From an uncultured archaeon (lineage in GTDB: Archaea; Asgardarchaeota; Lokiarchaeia; Sigyniarchaeales; SOKP01): DNA of 18,659 nucleotides. The stretch covers positions 1 to 18,659 of the forward strand of contig CAYLZE010000103.1 of the NCBI GenBank assembly GCA_964388035.1, read 5' to 3'. The position numbers and the translations under genes are program-made. Under the pieces are notes generated by a model. It saw only the letters and a program-made list of their open reading frames with translations, did no database searches and had not been told where the DNA came from. This document shows positions 16,760 through 18,659 of the stretch, one piece after another. The first letter of the stretch is position 1; each line of letters starts with the position of its first letter.

Positions 16760-17596
16760 TTATTTTGTGACAATAATTTTTATTTTTCGAAAGAAATAGA
16801 TAAAAATACACGAAAATAAATTAAAGGTTAAACGAGTCAAATGGATCTTGGATTTACCGTGAGATCGCTCATATAAATTAATAGGGCATTCTTTTATTTT
16901 GTAACCTTCTAATGCCGCCTTAATTATAATCTCAGTGCAGAAAGCAAAATCACTATATTTAATATTTTCGAAAAGATGTTTTAATTCACTATTAAGGGCT
17001 CTAAAACCATTCTGATTATTCATGATTCTAGTTTTAAAAAAGAGAAAAATCAATTTTTCAACCAATGCTTCTCCCAATCTTGTTTTTAGAGGTAATCTAT
17101 AATGGCATTTTCCAAGGTATCTTGATCCAATTGTTAAATCTGCTTTTTTCTCTAAAAGGGGTTTCACCAACCTGTAAATATCTTCTGGGCGATGTTGACC
17201 ATCCGAATCCATCATGATAAGAATGTCTCCTTTAGCTTCTTTTATTCCGGTAAGAATTGCTGCACCATATCCCATATTCCTCTTATGGCGTAAAATTTTT
17301 ATCTCATTTTTTACTTCAGCATTCAATATTTCCTTTAAACTATTATCTGTAGAATGATCATCAATAACTAATATTTCTATACTGCTATCATTTGGTATGG
17401 TTTCCAAAACTTTTCTTACGGTTCCTTCTTCATTATAGACGGGTAATATTATAGAGATTAATTTATTTGAATTCTCTTTCTTATATTTTGCTAAGAGTTT
17501 CCGGAATTTTTGATTCTTATTTTGTTCGGATTGGATATTTATCACTTGTTCCTTTATGATATGGGGTGTGAGGTTATTAAAATTAAAGGTTTTCAA
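16760..17596 (-). CDS. Glycosyltransferase family 2, DPM1-like polyprenol/dolichol-phosphate glycosyltransferase
   Basis: ISIILPVYNEE, ILVIDDHSTDNS, NMGYGAAILTG, DxD motif MDSDGQH, IGSRY, GFRA, ERSHGKSKI. Short hydrophobic C-terminus, N-terminal extension of about 45 aa, TTG start preceded by AGGGGT. Confidence 0.9.
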   Translation of the reverse strand: MKTFNFNNLTPHIIKEQVINIQSEQNKNQKFRKLLAKYKKENSNKLISIILPVYNEEGTVRKVLETIPNDSSIEILVIDDHSTDNSLKEILNAEVKNEIKILRHKRNMGYGAAILTGIKEAKGDILIMMDSDGQHRPEDIYRLVKPLLEKKADLTIGSRYLGKCHYRLPLKTRLGEALVEKLIFLFFKTRIMNNQNGFRALNSELKHLFENIKYSDFAFCTEIIIKAALEGYKIKECPINLYERSHGKSKIHLTRLTFNLFSCIFIYFFRKIKIIVTK

Positions 17597-17707
17597 TTAT
17601 TACCCCTGTTCGTGAGGTGATGTTTTTTTAATAAAATAGTTAATTATTATTATTGAATAATGTTTAATATAAATTTGTTTTCTATAATTAGTTTGATTCA
17701 GACCTTT

Positions 17708-18659
17708 TTAACTTTTCATTAAATAAAGTATTTTATCGAAGATCAAATCTCTATCAAATTTCTCTTTTGCCCTTAAATAAACCTCTTTCTTTTTTTTTTC
17801 TTTTTCTTGAGTATTCAAAAAGTAAAATTTTCTTATTGCATCATCAATATCTTTAATATTTCCAGGATGCACAATATATCCAGTTTTTCCAAGAATATAT
17901 CTGTTCTCCCCAACATTTGAAGCCAAACATGGCACTTTTGAAGCCATGGCTTCAATTAGAATTATAGGAAATCCTTCTATATAAGATGTAAGACCTAGTA
18001 GATCAGTAATTGCTAAAATATGTCTAATATTTTTTCGCCTTCCTAAAAAAAACACGTTATTGTTTAGTTTTTGTTTCTCAATCTCATTTTTCAACAAGAA
18101 GGAGTACTTACCTTCACCGATATAAAGCAATTTTACTCGGTTTTTTTCTTCTACATTTTTTAAAGTTTGAAGAAAATTAGAAAAAGCCTTAAGAAAATCC
18201 ATCATACCCATAACTTTTTGATGCAAAACCATGTATCCTATATAAGATATAACAAAATCATTTTTTTCTAAAATCATCTCTAACTTTTCTCTCTTTATGA
18301 TCTCCTCCTTTTGGAGAGAAGATTCAGCATGATAATAGAGCGGTAAATCAATCCCCGTTGGTATCCATTCTATTTTTCTTAGATGGAAGTTCCTATTAAG
18401 ATAACGCTTAATACCCCTACTGATAGTTATAATATATTTAGCATTTTTTGCCACCCATAAGGCATCTATTTTAAGAAGTAAATAATGTGGATAATCTAAA
18501 CCATGAAAAGTATATAAATAAGGAATTTTAAGTATTTTTGATATGCAAAATGCTATAATACCAGAGGGAGGAGGAGAATGAGCATGAATAATCTGAATAT
18601 TGTTTCTACGAGATAACTTAATTCCTTTCATTAGTCCAAGTATGAAGAATTTTAAGAAA
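17708..18659 (-). CDS. Glycosyltransferase family 4, 5'-truncated by the window edge
   Basis: IIHAHSPP, YTFHG, IPTGID, YIGEG, FLGRR, EGFPIILIEAMASKVPCLASNVG. The frame stays open from ATG 18631 to the window end (FLKFFILGL), and the usual GT4 N-terminal strand and GG motif are missing. Confidence 0.88.
   Translation of the reverse strand, partial: FLKFFILGLMKGIKLSRRNNIQIIHAHSPPPSGIIAFCISKILKIPYLYTFHGLDYPHYLLLKIDALWVAKNAKYIITISRGIKRYLNRNFHLRKIEWIPTGIDLPLYYHAESSLQKEEIIKREKLEMILEKNDFVISYIGYMVLHQKVMGMMDFLKAFSNFLQTLKNVEEKNRVKLLYIGEGKYSFLLKNEIEKQKLNNNVFFLGRRKNIRHILAITDLLGLTSYIEGFPIILIEAMASKVPCLASNVGENRYILGKTGYIVHPGNIKDIDDAIRKFYFLNTQEKEKKKKEVYLRAKEKFDRDLIFDKILYLMKS

Noticed and set aside
1-18659. 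CRISPR arrays, tRNA/rRNA genes, IS elements
   Set aside because: No regularly spaced repeats, no GC-rich structured RNA-like segment of suitable length, and no transposase or integrase ORF were seen.

Overview
AT-rich, gene-dense prokaryotic DNA, most likely from an Asgard archaeon (Lokiarchaeia/Promethearchaeia-like). This is inferred from a longin-like domain fused to an Arf-like small GTPase, an adjacent roadblock-like protein, an archaeal UPF0280 gene and AGGTGA-type ribosome-binding motifs. There are two blocks. (1) 194-4923: a co-oriented minus-strand trio (roadblock-like protein, multidomain longin/Arf-like GTPase with a long charged linker and C-terminal helical hairpin, MFS transporter), divergent from a UPF0280/ApbE-like gene. 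(2) 4975-18659: a surface-glycan biosynthesis island in mixed orientations, with two NDP-sugar epimerases, five GT4 glycosyltransferases (two are inverted paralogs; the last is cut by the window edge), an AsnB-type amidotransferase, a Wzx/MOP-type flippase, a SAM methyltransferase and a DPM1-like GT2. I saw no rRNA, tRNA, CRISPR array or transposase. The best candidate for an undescribed system is the roadblock + longin-Arf-like GTPase + transporter module. All family calls come from motif recognition by eye, not database searches.
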